A DNA stretch of 64,000 nucleotides from assembly GCA_963720265.1 (NCBI GenBank), contig CAVRET010000001.1, positions 133,916 to 197,915 of the forward strand. Reading direction: 5' to 3'. The first letter of the stretch is position 1, and every line of letters begins with the position of its first letter. The position numbers and the translations under genes are program-made. Origin of the DNA: an uncultured bacterium. Lineage in GTDB: Bacteria; Patescibacteriota; Saccharimonadia; UBA4664. The notes below the pieces were generated by a model. The model saw only the letters and a program-made list of their open reading frames with translations. It was not told the DNA's origin and searched no databases. Positions 56,133-64,000 of this stretch are shown piece after piece.

Positions 56133-56534
56133 TCAGCGACCGGTAATGCGGATAACAGCGCCACGGACGGCGAACAGCCCCAAGAGCACCAGGGCGGCCA
56201 CATCGGCGAGTGGCGGCAGCAACCATAACGAACCGATACCGCAGATGAGCATGATGAGCACGAGCGAGGTCCAGATGAGGCGTAAATTTTCCATGTCTGA
56301 GGTATTGCCGAGACGAATGGTGCGCATGGCGCCGCCGCAGCCGATCAAGCTGACGGCCATAATGATTGCGACCATTAGAGTAAGGAGGCCGCGGAACAAA
56401 TTGCTATTTACATTGACTGCCCCGGCCAATAGCAAGAGAAAGGCGGTGACAATCGTCAGCAGCAATAGCACTGTCCCCAACACAAATGCACCGGTGCCGA
56501 CGAGACGAACGTCAGACAGATCACGGTCGGACAT
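56133..56534 (-). CDS. Hypothetical 4-TM membrane protein
   Basis: SD AAGGAG; four hydrophobic segments. Confidence 0.7.
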   Translation of the reverse strand: MSDRDLSDVRLVGTGAFVLGTVLLLLTIVTAFLLLLAGAVNVNSNLFRGLLTLMVAIIMAVSLIGCGGAMRTIRLGNTSDMENLRLIWTSLVLIMLICGIGSLWLLPPLADVAALVLLGLFAVRGAVIRITGR

Positions 56535-56599
56535 AGCGGCTCCTTGACTTCAAGTTTATCATGGTATGATATCGCTAACGTTAAGATCCACAGGAGATT

Positions 56600-56983
56600 A
56601 TGGAAGACAAAACCACGCTGGATGCGATTCACCGGCTGATGATTGAGCTGGCGGAAACGCACGACAAAGTGAAGAAGATCAAGGACGACCTCAAGGACAT
56701 TGCCGAGCAAAACGATGAGTACCGGGCGCTGGCTGAGGAGCTCAAAGAGGTGGGCGAAAAACGTGCTACGGCCAAGAAATTGCTGGAGGCGGACAAGGAT
56801 TACCAGGTGGTAAATTCCGAGCTCGAAGAGCTGAAGTTCAAGATGAAAGACTTGCAGGAAATTATGAGTCACCATTTGGTGACGTATTTTCATGAGTCGG
56901 GCGAGACGCAATTGACGACGCCCGAGGGTGAGACGTTACAGGTGGTGGTGAGCGCAAAGTTGGGCAAGGAAGTAGCAGGGTAA
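56600..56983 (+). CDS. Hypothetical coiled-coil protein
   Basis: SD AGGAG; heptad-rich; followed by hairpin ~56990-57022. Confidence 0.75.
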   Translation: MEDKTTLDAIHRLMIELAETHDKVKKIKDDLKDIAEQNDEYRALAEELKEVGEKRATAKKLLEADKDYQVVNSELEELKFKMKDLQEIMSHHLVTYFHESGETQLTTPEGETLQVVVSAKLGKEVAG

Positions 56984-57327
56984 CGTAACACACCCCATTC
57001 CTCGCATCGAAGAGTGGGGTGTGCCGGCTTGTGGTGTTGTAACTCGTGGTCCTTCAAAATCATTTTCAGAAATCCCACGAATTGGACAGGTGCAAAGACG
57101 GTCAGTATCCAACCGATGACAGCATCGCCTCTGAAAATGAGACTCAATCCGGCAAAGAATGTTACATACCCGCACAATGTTACGATTCCACCGATGAAAA
57201 AGATGACGGCGAGGAACGAGGTTACCTTATTAAGTACCTTCCTCGCCGCCCGCTCTTGTGGGGGTTTGTGGGTTTCGGCCGGTTTGCCGGGCGGTTGGTC
57301 CTGTGGCGCGTTCGATGATGTGCCCAT
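56890..57327 (-). CDS. Hypothetical 2-TM protein (3' end uncertain)
   Basis: Hydrophobic segments; frame runs through a hairpin into the opposite gene. Confidence 0.4.
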   Translation of the reverse strand: MGTSSNAPQDQPPGKPAETHKPPQERAARKVLNKVTSFLAVIFFIGGIVTLCGYVTFFAGLSLIFRGDAVIGWILTVFAPVQFVGFLKMILKDHELQHHKPAHPTLRCEEWGVLRYPATSLPNFALTTTCNVSPSGVVNCVSPDS

Positions 57328-57466
57328 TGTTTTGCCCCCGCAGCTGTGGTGAGCGATGGGTAGCCGACATGCGCAGCTTACCACAATTTCGTTGAGCAGA
57401 GTTGGCCAAGGCCCGGGGGCGTACCGCCCCGGGCCTTGCGCTGTCCACCAACTTCCTGGCCGAAAA

Positions 57467-57928
57467 TCAGCGAACGGTGTCGCCGGGCCCACCGTTGGCT
57501 TGGCTGTAACGCCTGCCCAGTTCGTCGGCGACCTGCTGGATGAGCCCAAGGTAGCGCTCGAGCAGTTGGTTCTGGTTTTCGGCAGTGCCGGTAACGAGTT
57601 CGAGTAGACGACGGCTTACCTCCTCGATCGCTACCACATGGTCGGTGATTCCACCCGGTAGGCTAATGCCGAACTCGGCTTCGTGACCGACGATTTCTTC
57701 AAAGATGAGCCTGGCGGTGACGACGGACGGGTGCGACACCGCGCTGCTTCCCTGGAGGAGCCCGACCTGTTCGGACAGCAAGTCCTGGAAGGTTGTCATC
57801 CAGTGTTGATCTTGGACCGAGAAGTTCCCAGCCACTAGGGCCGTGAGGGCTGCTCTGGCGTTGAGGGCTGCGAATGTCTGCCCTTCCAGTTTGAAGGTCG
57901 GCTGACGGATCGGGGTGTCAACGGTCAT
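57467..57928 (-). CDS. Hypothetical protein (ORFan)
   Basis: Coding-like bias; downstream 12-bp hairpin 57407-57438. Confidence 0.55.
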   Translation of the reverse strand: MTVDTPIRQPTFKLEGQTFAALNARAALTALVAGNFSVQDQHWMTTFQDLLSEQVGLLQGSSAVSHPSVVTARLIFEEIVGHEAEFGISLPGGITDHVVAIEEVSRRLLELVTGTAENQNQLLERYLGLIQQVADELGRRYSQANGGPGDTVR

Positions 57929-58005
57929 GGCGTCTTGAGTGCTCCATTTCTTCCAGCTCGCAAGTCGATTAACATGCAAGCATGAGTGGCTTACGGATTA
58001 GTGTA

Positions 58006-58224
58006 TCAGGTTTTAGGCCCAGCGGTTTGCAGAATTTCGCTTGATGAGTCGATGTTGCAGGCGGACCATAGTCCGGGGTCGGAATTTTTGGCTTGAGTTT
58101 GAAAATTGCGAAAGTCGTCGATTTTTGAAAATGGGAATACGACGTCAGCAAGCGCCCAGCCGTCTTGGATGAGCTCGGCGTCCACAAGCGTGCCGTCGGG
58201 CAGGTAAACCTAGCGCAGCAGTTC
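58006..58224 (-). pseudogene. Thermonuclease (SNase-like) C-terminal remnant
   Basis: Hand translation ELLR*VYLPDGTLVDAELIQDGWALADVVFPFSKIDDFRNFQTQAKNSDPGLWSAC; in-frame stop at 58210-58212, N-terminus missing. Confidence 0.75.
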
Positions 58225-58291
58225 GGCTGGTGTACGTTCGTCCACGGGTAGATAATATGCTACCATGCCGAAGAGAAATGAGGTATGCGTA

Positions 58292-58684
58292 ATGTGGGAT
58301 GAATTTAAGAAATTTCTGCTGCGCGGCAATGTCGTGGATCTGGCCGTAGCCGTGGCTGTGGGCGCGTCGTTTACCGCTGTGGTCACCGCGTTGGTAAAAG
58401 ATCTTATTACGCCGTTGATTGCAGCCGTTGGTGCCAAGCCCAACTTCGAAGGCCTGTCATTTACCGTGCACCATAGTACGTTTATGTACGGCGACTTCCT
58501 TAATGTTTTGATTTCATTCGCGATTATGGCGTCGGTGATTTTTTTCTTTGTGGTGCAGCCGGTGAATCAATTGGTTCGGTTGTCGCGGCGGGGCAAACAA
58601 GACGCAGCGTCCAAGGACCCGCAGCTCGCGGTCCTGGAAGAGATCCGCGATGAGCTAAGAGCTCGTAGTGGGAAGAAGTCATGA
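58292..58684 (+). CDS. mscL: Large-conductance mechanosensitive channel
   Basis: EFKKFL.RGNVVDLAVAV..G..F..VV, YG.FL, LEEIRD.L. Confidence 0.96.
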   Translation: MWDEFKKFLLRGNVVDLAVAVAVGASFTAVVTALVKDLITPLIAAVGAKPNFEGLSFTVHHSTFMYGDFLNVLISFAIMASVIFFFVVQPVNQLVRLSRRGKQDAASKDPQLAVLEEIRDELRARSGKKS

Positions 58685-59091
58685 GGGAATTTGGGGCGCC
58701 CGCGGGGGCGAAACTGCGGGCTGAGATTACAGCCATGGTGGAGGCCATATTTGATGAGGTCGAGCCGAAACGGGCGGTAACCGGAGCAGACTTTGCCATG
58801 GACGAGCAAGCCGACATGGTAGTGGCGCGTGAAATTGAACTCAAGGATGTGCGCGGCCAACGCCTGCGCATTGCGGCCACCGAGGCCTCGGCCCGGCCGC
58901 CATTTGAATGGTTGTATGAGATTACCTCGGATATTGGCGAGGCCGATTATTTTAAACATTACTTGGTGCGGCAAGATGACATTGTGTTAGCTCAGCGCAA
59001 GGTGCTGACGCCGGTTGACGATGCCGAAGCCAAAGCAATCTTAAACGATTTACGGACGGCCCAAACTTGGCTGTTACTTCCTGAGCTTTAA
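58681..59091 (+). CDS. Hypothetical protein
   Basis: ATGA overlap with mscL. Confidence 0.7.
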   Translation: MREFGAPAGAKLRAEITAMVEAIFDEVEPKRAVTGADFAMDEQADMVVAREIELKDVRGQRLRIAATEASARPPFEWLYEITSDIGEADYFKHYLVRQDDIVLAQRKVLTPVDDAEAKAILNDLRTAQTWLLLPEL

Positions 59092-59498
59092 GTGCGGTTG
59101 CTTTCGGAGAAGAGGCGTCCGTAGAGCGCAAAGGCGGCGATAAAGCTGACGGCCATGCCGTATGACCACAGGTTGCTCCAGTGGCCGGAAAGTGTGAGGA
59201 CGCCAAAGATGGTTGCAAGTCCAATAGCGGCGGCGCTGCCACGAGCCAGCTTGATGATCGACGGCGATTGGCCCCCGGCCCAGCGGGCGATCATCACGGC
59301 ATTGATGATGAGTCCGACGGCGGCCAATACATGCAGGCCGAGCAGAATCTGGTCAAATGTTCTAACGCCCCCCGAAACTTCGTTCGGCAGACCGATAAGG
59401 TTCACTGCCATGCCAAGCAGAAACTGGATGATCAAAAGACCAAATTGAGCCTGAATGCGTGAAGACAGTGGTTTTGATTGCGCAGTTTGGACGGCCAT
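59088..59498 (-). CDS. Hypothetical 4-TM membrane protein
   Basis: SD GAGG; QFLLGM..NL, H in TM2. Confidence 0.7.
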   Translation of the reverse strand: MAVQTAQSKPLSSRIQAQFGLLIIQFLLGMAVNLIGLPNEVSGGVRTFDQILLGLHVLAAVGLIINAVMIARWAGGQSPSIIKLARGSAAAIGLATIFGVLTLSGHWSNLWSYGMAVSFIAAFALYGRLFSESNRT

Positions 59499-59777
59499 TA
59501 CGGTTCCTCGCTTACATCGTCATTACACAACATACCACAAGGCTTTAAGTCCCAAGAATTCTCCTGAGACTCATAAGCTTAAGCTCACGTTAGATCCGTG
59601 GCCACCCCGTAATCTTCAGTTCGAGAGATCACCGAGCGACGAATTGTGGGTACTCTCCCCCGCTGTAAACGTTGGAACATGATTTTGCCAAATATGAGGC
59701 ATGTTCGTCGATGGCTGTTGTTCTAAATCTGGGATATAGAGACAAGGACCTTTTGGTAGATATGTTATTCGTTATGC

Positions 59778-60464
59778 TTAATAGTGCGACGAATCATAGC
59801 CGGTGAATTGATCATATTGGAGACGGGCAGCGGGAAGATTAACCGGCGGCTGCAGGAGGCCAAACAAGGGTCGGGGGCCGGATACGAGCACTTCGGCAGC
59901 AGCGAGACCTGGGACCAGTTCGAAGAGGCCGGTAACAGTCGGTGGTTGTGATGCGATATAAACCTTGAACTCAGGATAGGCGGCGGCGACTCGCGCGAGT
60001 TCCTCTCCGAACGGCGCCGGCTCGGAGAGGTTGGCGTGTATCAGGGTGGCAACCAGCGAGGCGCGATCATGCCGGCGCTGGCGGATCAGGCTGATGAACG
60101 GTGTTATGCCAATGCCCTGGGCCACGAGTACGACCGGACGTCCCAGCGTGCGTGGCCAGGCGAAGGTACCGGCCGGCGGATCAAGGAGTTGCAACCGGCC
60201 GCCGGTGGGTAGCGTTGCTAATGCTTGCTTAAATGAGCTGCCAGTTAGTCTTGTAGTAATTGTTACAATATGCTCAAACGGAGCCGAGGTAATGGTAAAG
60301 TGGCGCTTGGTACCGGCGGAGTCGGGGTGTACGTGCGGCAACTCAACTCGAATCGCTTGACCCGCGTTCCAGATGAGCGGGACGTTCGGCTCGAACGTAA
60401 AGGCCCATATGTTACCGCCGAGTGAGAGTTTGCCATGCAGGGTTAAATGTGAGATTTGGTTCAT
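59778..60464 (-). CDS. Ferredoxin-NADP reductase-like FAD/NAD-binding oxidoreductase
   Basis: GQ, R.FTI.SAP, S.FK..L, P.G.F, A.GIGITPF.S, V.VSGP. Confidence 0.85.
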   Translation of the reverse strand: MNQISHLTLHGKLSLGGNIWAFTFEPNVPLIWNAGQAIRVELPHVHPDSAGTKRHFTITSAPFEHIVTITTRLTGSSFKQALATLPTGGRLQLLDPPAGTFAWPRTLGRPVVLVAQGIGITPFISLIRQRRHDRASLVATLIHANLSEPAPFGEELARVAAAYPEFKVYIASQPPTVTGLFELVPGLAAAEVLVSGPRPLFGLLQPPVNLPAARLQYDQFTGYDSSHY

Positions 60465-61066
60465 GGCTGCTGGTGCGCGATCAAGTTTGCTTGGCAGCGC
60501 GGATCCGGGCAGCCATTTGGATTGTAATTTGGGATGAGTTTTTCTACCAGGTAGTGGTGAGTGATGCCGACCTGATACCGAGGCTGGACCTGCCCTCGGC
60601 GCCAGATTGCCAGCGCGTTGATTGCCTGCCGGTCCGGCTCCAACAATTTTGCAACTCCGGCAATTGAGCTAAGCGTGGTTACCACATCTTCGTAGATGCG
60701 CGGGTTAAGGGCATGTTTGGCAATTTGCTCGTCGACAGCCGAACTGAAACGAAAGTCTTGCTTGGCGCCACTGGGGACTCGTTCCAAGCGAATAAACGGC
60801 AAATCAAGATAGTGGCGAGTAACGAGTGCTTCGGCCAATCGCTGACCACCCGTGGGCACGCCCAGAATGGCATCGGCCGGTGGTAGACCCGGAGCTTCGG
60901 CTAGGAGGGCTAGAATTGTATCAAGCTCGTGCGGATGATCCCATAGGTTATCAAGCTCAAGTTTCTGTACAGCGTGATGTCCGGCGGCAAAGACGAAATG
61001 GCCCGGAATAAGGCAGTCACTTGCGAGCACGGCGGATCGGGTACGAGCGGCAATGGTAGTGGTCAT
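60461..61066 (-). CDS. Type I phosphoribosyltransferase (orotate PRTase-like)
   Basis: GHF.FA.G.H, D.ILGVP.GG, IYEDVVTT..S PRPP loop; start at MTTT from leaderless TACAAT-6nt-ATG. Confidence 0.75.
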   Translation of the reverse strand: MTTTIAARTRSAVLASDCLIPGHFVFAAGHHAVQKLELDNLWDHPHELDTILALLAEAPGLPPADAILGVPTGGQRLAEALVTRHYLDLPFIRLERVPSGAKQDFRFSSAVDEQIAKHALNPRIYEDVVTTLSSIAGVAKLLEPDRQAINALAIWRRGQVQPRYQVGITHHYLVEKLIPNYNPNGCPDPRCQANLIAHQQP

Positions 61067-61164
61067 GTTTGCATTGTAATGGTCGTACAGAACCAGTGTC
61101 GATGTCATAAGTGGCTGCATGGCCGGACGGGTTTGTGATCGCCCGCCCGGCCATGGAAAGTGAT

Positions 61165-61761
61165 TCACTTGCCGGCTGGGGTGACAACCGAGACTAGCGC
61201 AAGCTCAGACACTCCGAATTCATCCAGCTCTGGGCTAACACCCGCGGTGGCGTGGCTCCCGTTCACGAGGCTGACGACCGCGGTCATTACGGCATGATTG
61301 TGTGTCAGGGCGGCGACATCGTCGAAGAGCCGATGCCTCAGGTAGGCGTCGAGGCCGGCCACCAGGATTAGCACGTGCTGCTTGGCCGCAACTGCGAGCG
61401 CGCGACCGCGGTCGGCCTGGTCAGCCGGATTGTCCGTACTTGGAGCGAGTCGCACACACCGGACCCGGTGGCCATTGAGCCGGTAGAGCGTTGATGCGAC
61501 GGCATGCGCCAGACTCCACAGATTGGTGTCTCGGATGGCGATTACATCGAACTCAAGGTCTTGAATCAGCAACACGAGATACTGCGCGATCACATCGATC
61601 GTCACGGCGAAGGTAGTCGTGAGCGCACCCGTATTGAGTCTGGACTCGAGCGCGAGATCGGCGCCGCTGGGATCGAGAGCGCCGCATGCCATCAGCTCAC
61701 GCTTGATTCGTTCGCGAGCGCTGGCTGGATCACTGGCTTGGTGCAACGATGCCATATGCAT
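61165..61761 (-). CDS. Degenerate PRTase-fold protein
   Basis: SD GAGGAG; L..CGAL, FDVIA...LAHAVA..L, VLILV..LD in place of the EDV.TTG loop. Confidence 0.45.
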   Translation of the reverse strand: MHMASLHQASDPASARERIKRELMACGALDPSGADLALESRLNTGALTTTFAVTIDVIAQYLVLLIQDLEFDVIAIRDTNLWSLAHAVASTLYRLNGHRVRCVRLAPSTDNPADQADRGRALAVAAKQHVLILVAGLDAYLRHRLFDDVAALTHNHAVMTAVVSLVNGSHATAGVSPELDEFGVSELALVSVVTPAGK

Positions 61762-61819
61762 TTCTCCTCACTGGTAGAGATGGCAGATCGCTACGACGCA
61801 TTATAGGGCAAGCGTGGTA

Positions 61820-62257
61820 TTAGGCAGTTAGTTCGGGCACGGGTTGGCCGGAAGGCTCAACAACGCGCAGGTGAAATTTAAGCTCGGAGGCTGAGGCACC
61901 GGCGACTGTTAGGGCATCCTTAACGAGATCTGCGGCCTGATGAAGGTCGGCGTACAGCCGGCGGGTTTCGGTTTCGGAATTTTCAAACATGATGCCGTTT
62001 AGGCGGTAGGCGCCGCAGTCGGTGTGGCTTTGGAGGTAGACGTCGGTGATGTGGTTGACCTTCCAGGCGATCACGATTTGGGCAAGCGCGGTCGCGCGGG
62101 TGGTTTCGTTGACAATAGCAAGCGCGCCGCCGGCGAGAGCCGGGCAGAAGGCGCCGCCGATTTCTCTAATGTATTCAAAGTCGGTTTGTGCCAGGCGGTC
62201 GTCGATGCATGCAAATAATACACTTTTGGCAAAATGAGGGGCAATGGTTGTGGGCAC
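61820..62257 (-). CDS. Carbonic anhydrase-like metalloprotein
   Basis: CIDDR (CxDxR), LAGG, HTDCGAY (HxxC). Confidence 0.75.
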   Translation of the reverse strand: MPTTIAPHFAKSVLFACIDDRLAQTDFEYIREIGGAFCPALAGGALAIVNETTRATALAQIVIAWKVNHITDVYLQSHTDCGAYRLNGIMFENSETETRRLYADLHQAADLVKDALTVAGASASELKFHLRVVEPSGQPVPELTA

Positions 62258-62505
62258 GAAAAAGGAATTCTCCGGGGCCGATGTACGGCGTTTTTTACTT
62301 TATTAGCCTCAGGTAGTATACACCCTTAGCGTGGACACGTCGCGGCCTGGTGCGCTGATAAATGAACTGACGATGTCGTTAAGCTGCTAGGGTTTTTCGT
62401 GGCGAGACCGCGCACTGAAGTACCACCAAGCGGGTCGGGGCTGGCTCCCGTGGTGCCGGGGCTCGCCGGCATAGGTTGGATGACCCGTGCCACCAACTTG
62501 CATGT

Positions 62506-63999
62506 TTAGCGACTAACGACCGGGCTGGCTTGTGCCGGGTTTTTCGTGGCTGCAACAAATTGGCGGACGCGGCCGCGAATGGTTTCGGCCAGTTCCGGCT
62601 GGGCGGTTGTAGACCGCCGGCTGGTTGCAACCGTGAACGGCGCAGTGGGGCGGCCGTTTGCTAGGGTACGCAAGTGGAACTGGCCGGTTGGGAGGCTCGT
62701 GAGATCGTCGGCTGTGAGCGGCGCAAAGTGTGGCTCGAGCCAACGGGCGTCAGTGGTGCCGAGGCGAAACGCCGCCAACGTCCCGACGTTGCCGAGCACA
62801 GCCTGCTTGAGGTTCTCCGGCAACTGATCAACGTATTGGTGCGCGAGGTGCAGACCAACGCCGTACTTGCGAACCTCGGACAGCATGGCGGCAAACGAGT
62901 CGGTGACAATGTTTTGGAACTCATCGATGTAAACGTAAAACGGCGGGCGCTGGTCTTCGGCAACATCGGCCCGGGAGAGGGCTGCGAGTTGAATCTTGGT
63001 TACGACGAGGGTGCCGAGGAGCTGGGCGTTGAGGCTGCCAAGGCGGCCTTTGGAAAGATTAACGAGTAAAATTTTGCGGCGGTCCATGAGCGTGCGGAGG
63101 TCAAACGCGCTGGTGCGGGCGGACAATATCTCGCTCATAACGGCGTTGCCGAGGAAAGAGCCGAATTTGGAGGTAAAGTAGTTGAGCATTTCGGATTTGT
63201 GGAAATCAGACGTTTTTGCCATCTGGCCGAGCCAAAAGTCGCGGACGGCTGGGTGGTGCGAACGACTGACCGCAGCTTCTTGATAGCTTGGATCGGTGAA
63301 AAGGCGTGGAATATCGAGCAGAGTGCCACGGACGGTGGGTTCGGTGACGGTGAGGGCGGCACTTCTTAGCCAATGCTCGAATTGCGGTCCAATGATACCG
63401 GTGTGGCCCGGATCAAACAGTTTATAAAAGAGCGCAATGAGTTCCTGGATGAGCAGATCGCGCTCGTCGGGGCTGCGCCATTCGAGGAGATTGAGGCCGA
63501 GCAAGGCTTTGGGGTCGGATGGATCAAACAAGACGATATCGCGGGCACGGTGCTGCGGAATGCGCGGCAGCAGCCAATCGATGACCTCGCCGTGCGGGTC
63601 GATAAAGCAGGCACCATCACCGTTTTCGATATCCTGCAGGATTGCGGATTGGAGCAAGGTGGATTTACCGGTACCGGTTTGGCCAATAATGTACATGTGG
63701 CGCAAGCGGTCGGCCGGTGCCAGATGAATGGGCGTGCGTAGGTCGCGGTGGACGCCGTGACCTACGATAATGCCTTGTTGTGGCAGGTCAGCCGGAATGG
63801 GCAGTTGCACTGCGTCTTGTTGGGCCAGGCGCGGCCAGGCGCGGGGATTAAGCGGCGGGTGGTACAGGCCGGCGGCTTCGGTGGATGTGAGCAAAAAGGC
63901 GGTGCCGGGATCGAGTGAGTAGCCGGCACCGGGCCGGCCTTGGTGTTTAGCCGGCAGTATTTGGTAGCGGGCTTTTGATGTGCCAGGCAGAGCGTGAGC
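62506..63999 (-). CDS. TraD/VirD4/HerA-like P-loop ATPase (5' end outside window)
   Basis: RH.Y.IGQTGTGKST, IDPHG, YIDEFQ, E.RKY, AHQY..QL, GNVGT; frame open to window end. Confidence 0.9.
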   Translation of the reverse strand, partial: AHALPGTSKARYQILPAKHQGRPGAGYSLDPGTAFLLTSTEAAGLYHPPLNPRAWPRLAQQDAVQLPIPADLPQQGIIVGHGVHRDLRTPIHLAPADRLRHMYIIGQTGTGKSTLLQSAILQDIENGDGACFIDPHGEVIDWLLPRIPQHRARDIVLFDPSDPKALLGLNLLEWRSPDERDLLIQELIALFYKLFDPGHTGIIGPQFEHWLRSAALTVTEPTVRGTLLDIPRLFTDPSYQEAAVSRSHHPAVRDFWLGQMAKTSDFHKSEMLNYFTSKFGSFLGNAVMSEILSARTSAFDLRTLMDRRKILLVNLSKGRLGSLNAQLLGTLVVTKIQLAALSRADVAEDQRPPFYVYIDEFQNIVTDSFAAMLSEVRKYGVGLHLAHQYVDQLPENLKQAVLGNVGTLAAFRLGTTDARWLEPHFAPLTADDLTSLPTGQFHLRTLANGRPTAPFTVATSRRSTTAQPELAETIRGRVRQFVAATKNPAQASPVVSR

Positions 64000-64000
64000 G

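Noticed and set aside
360-61155. ORFan hairpins as integron attC sites or REP elements
   Set aside because: No RYYYAAC/GTTRRRY boxes, no shared sequence, and no integrase in the window
1-64000. CRISPR array, rRNA, and the many antisense/overlapping ORFs in the track
   Set aside because: No regularly spaced repeats or rRNA signatures seen; the antisense ORFs are GC-rich shadows of well-supported genes

Overview
This GC-rich bacterial chromosome segment most likely comes from a Patescibacteria (CPR) member, probably Saccharibacteria. That assignment is inferred from gene content: Rpf/LysM muralytic enzymes, PEGA, DUF4367, a sortase, a TraD/HerA-like ATPase, stand-alone receiver domains and almost no biosynthetic genes. 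Core genes are pth, der, a D,D-carboxypeptidase, a pseudouridine synthase, corA, murD2-murL, cmk, gltX, def, mreB, mscL, tRNA-Glu(CTC) and tRNA-Leu(CAA). Between them sit single-gene ORFan units and two tRNA-adjacent accessory islets. Mobile elements are two near-identical TnpA-only IS200/IS605 copies and one IS4-like element with perfect TIRs and a TSD. The most notable observation is an unannotated ~300-nt multi-hairpin RNA (1357-1660) with a near-consensus promoter and a terminator, flanked by two internally duplicated ORFans that share a 10-nt RBS. Other observations: leaderless core genes versus SD-led ORFan cassettes ending in long GC hairpins; a recurrent intergenic T(T/A)ATGCTT motif; a small protein resembling the archaeal chromatin protein CC1; a chimeric Ig-domain histidine kinase; a secreted GH59-like hydrolase; and IS200 insertions at a -10-like target. 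No CRISPR array, prophage or rRNA was seen. All family assignments come from recognising motifs by eye, not from database searches.
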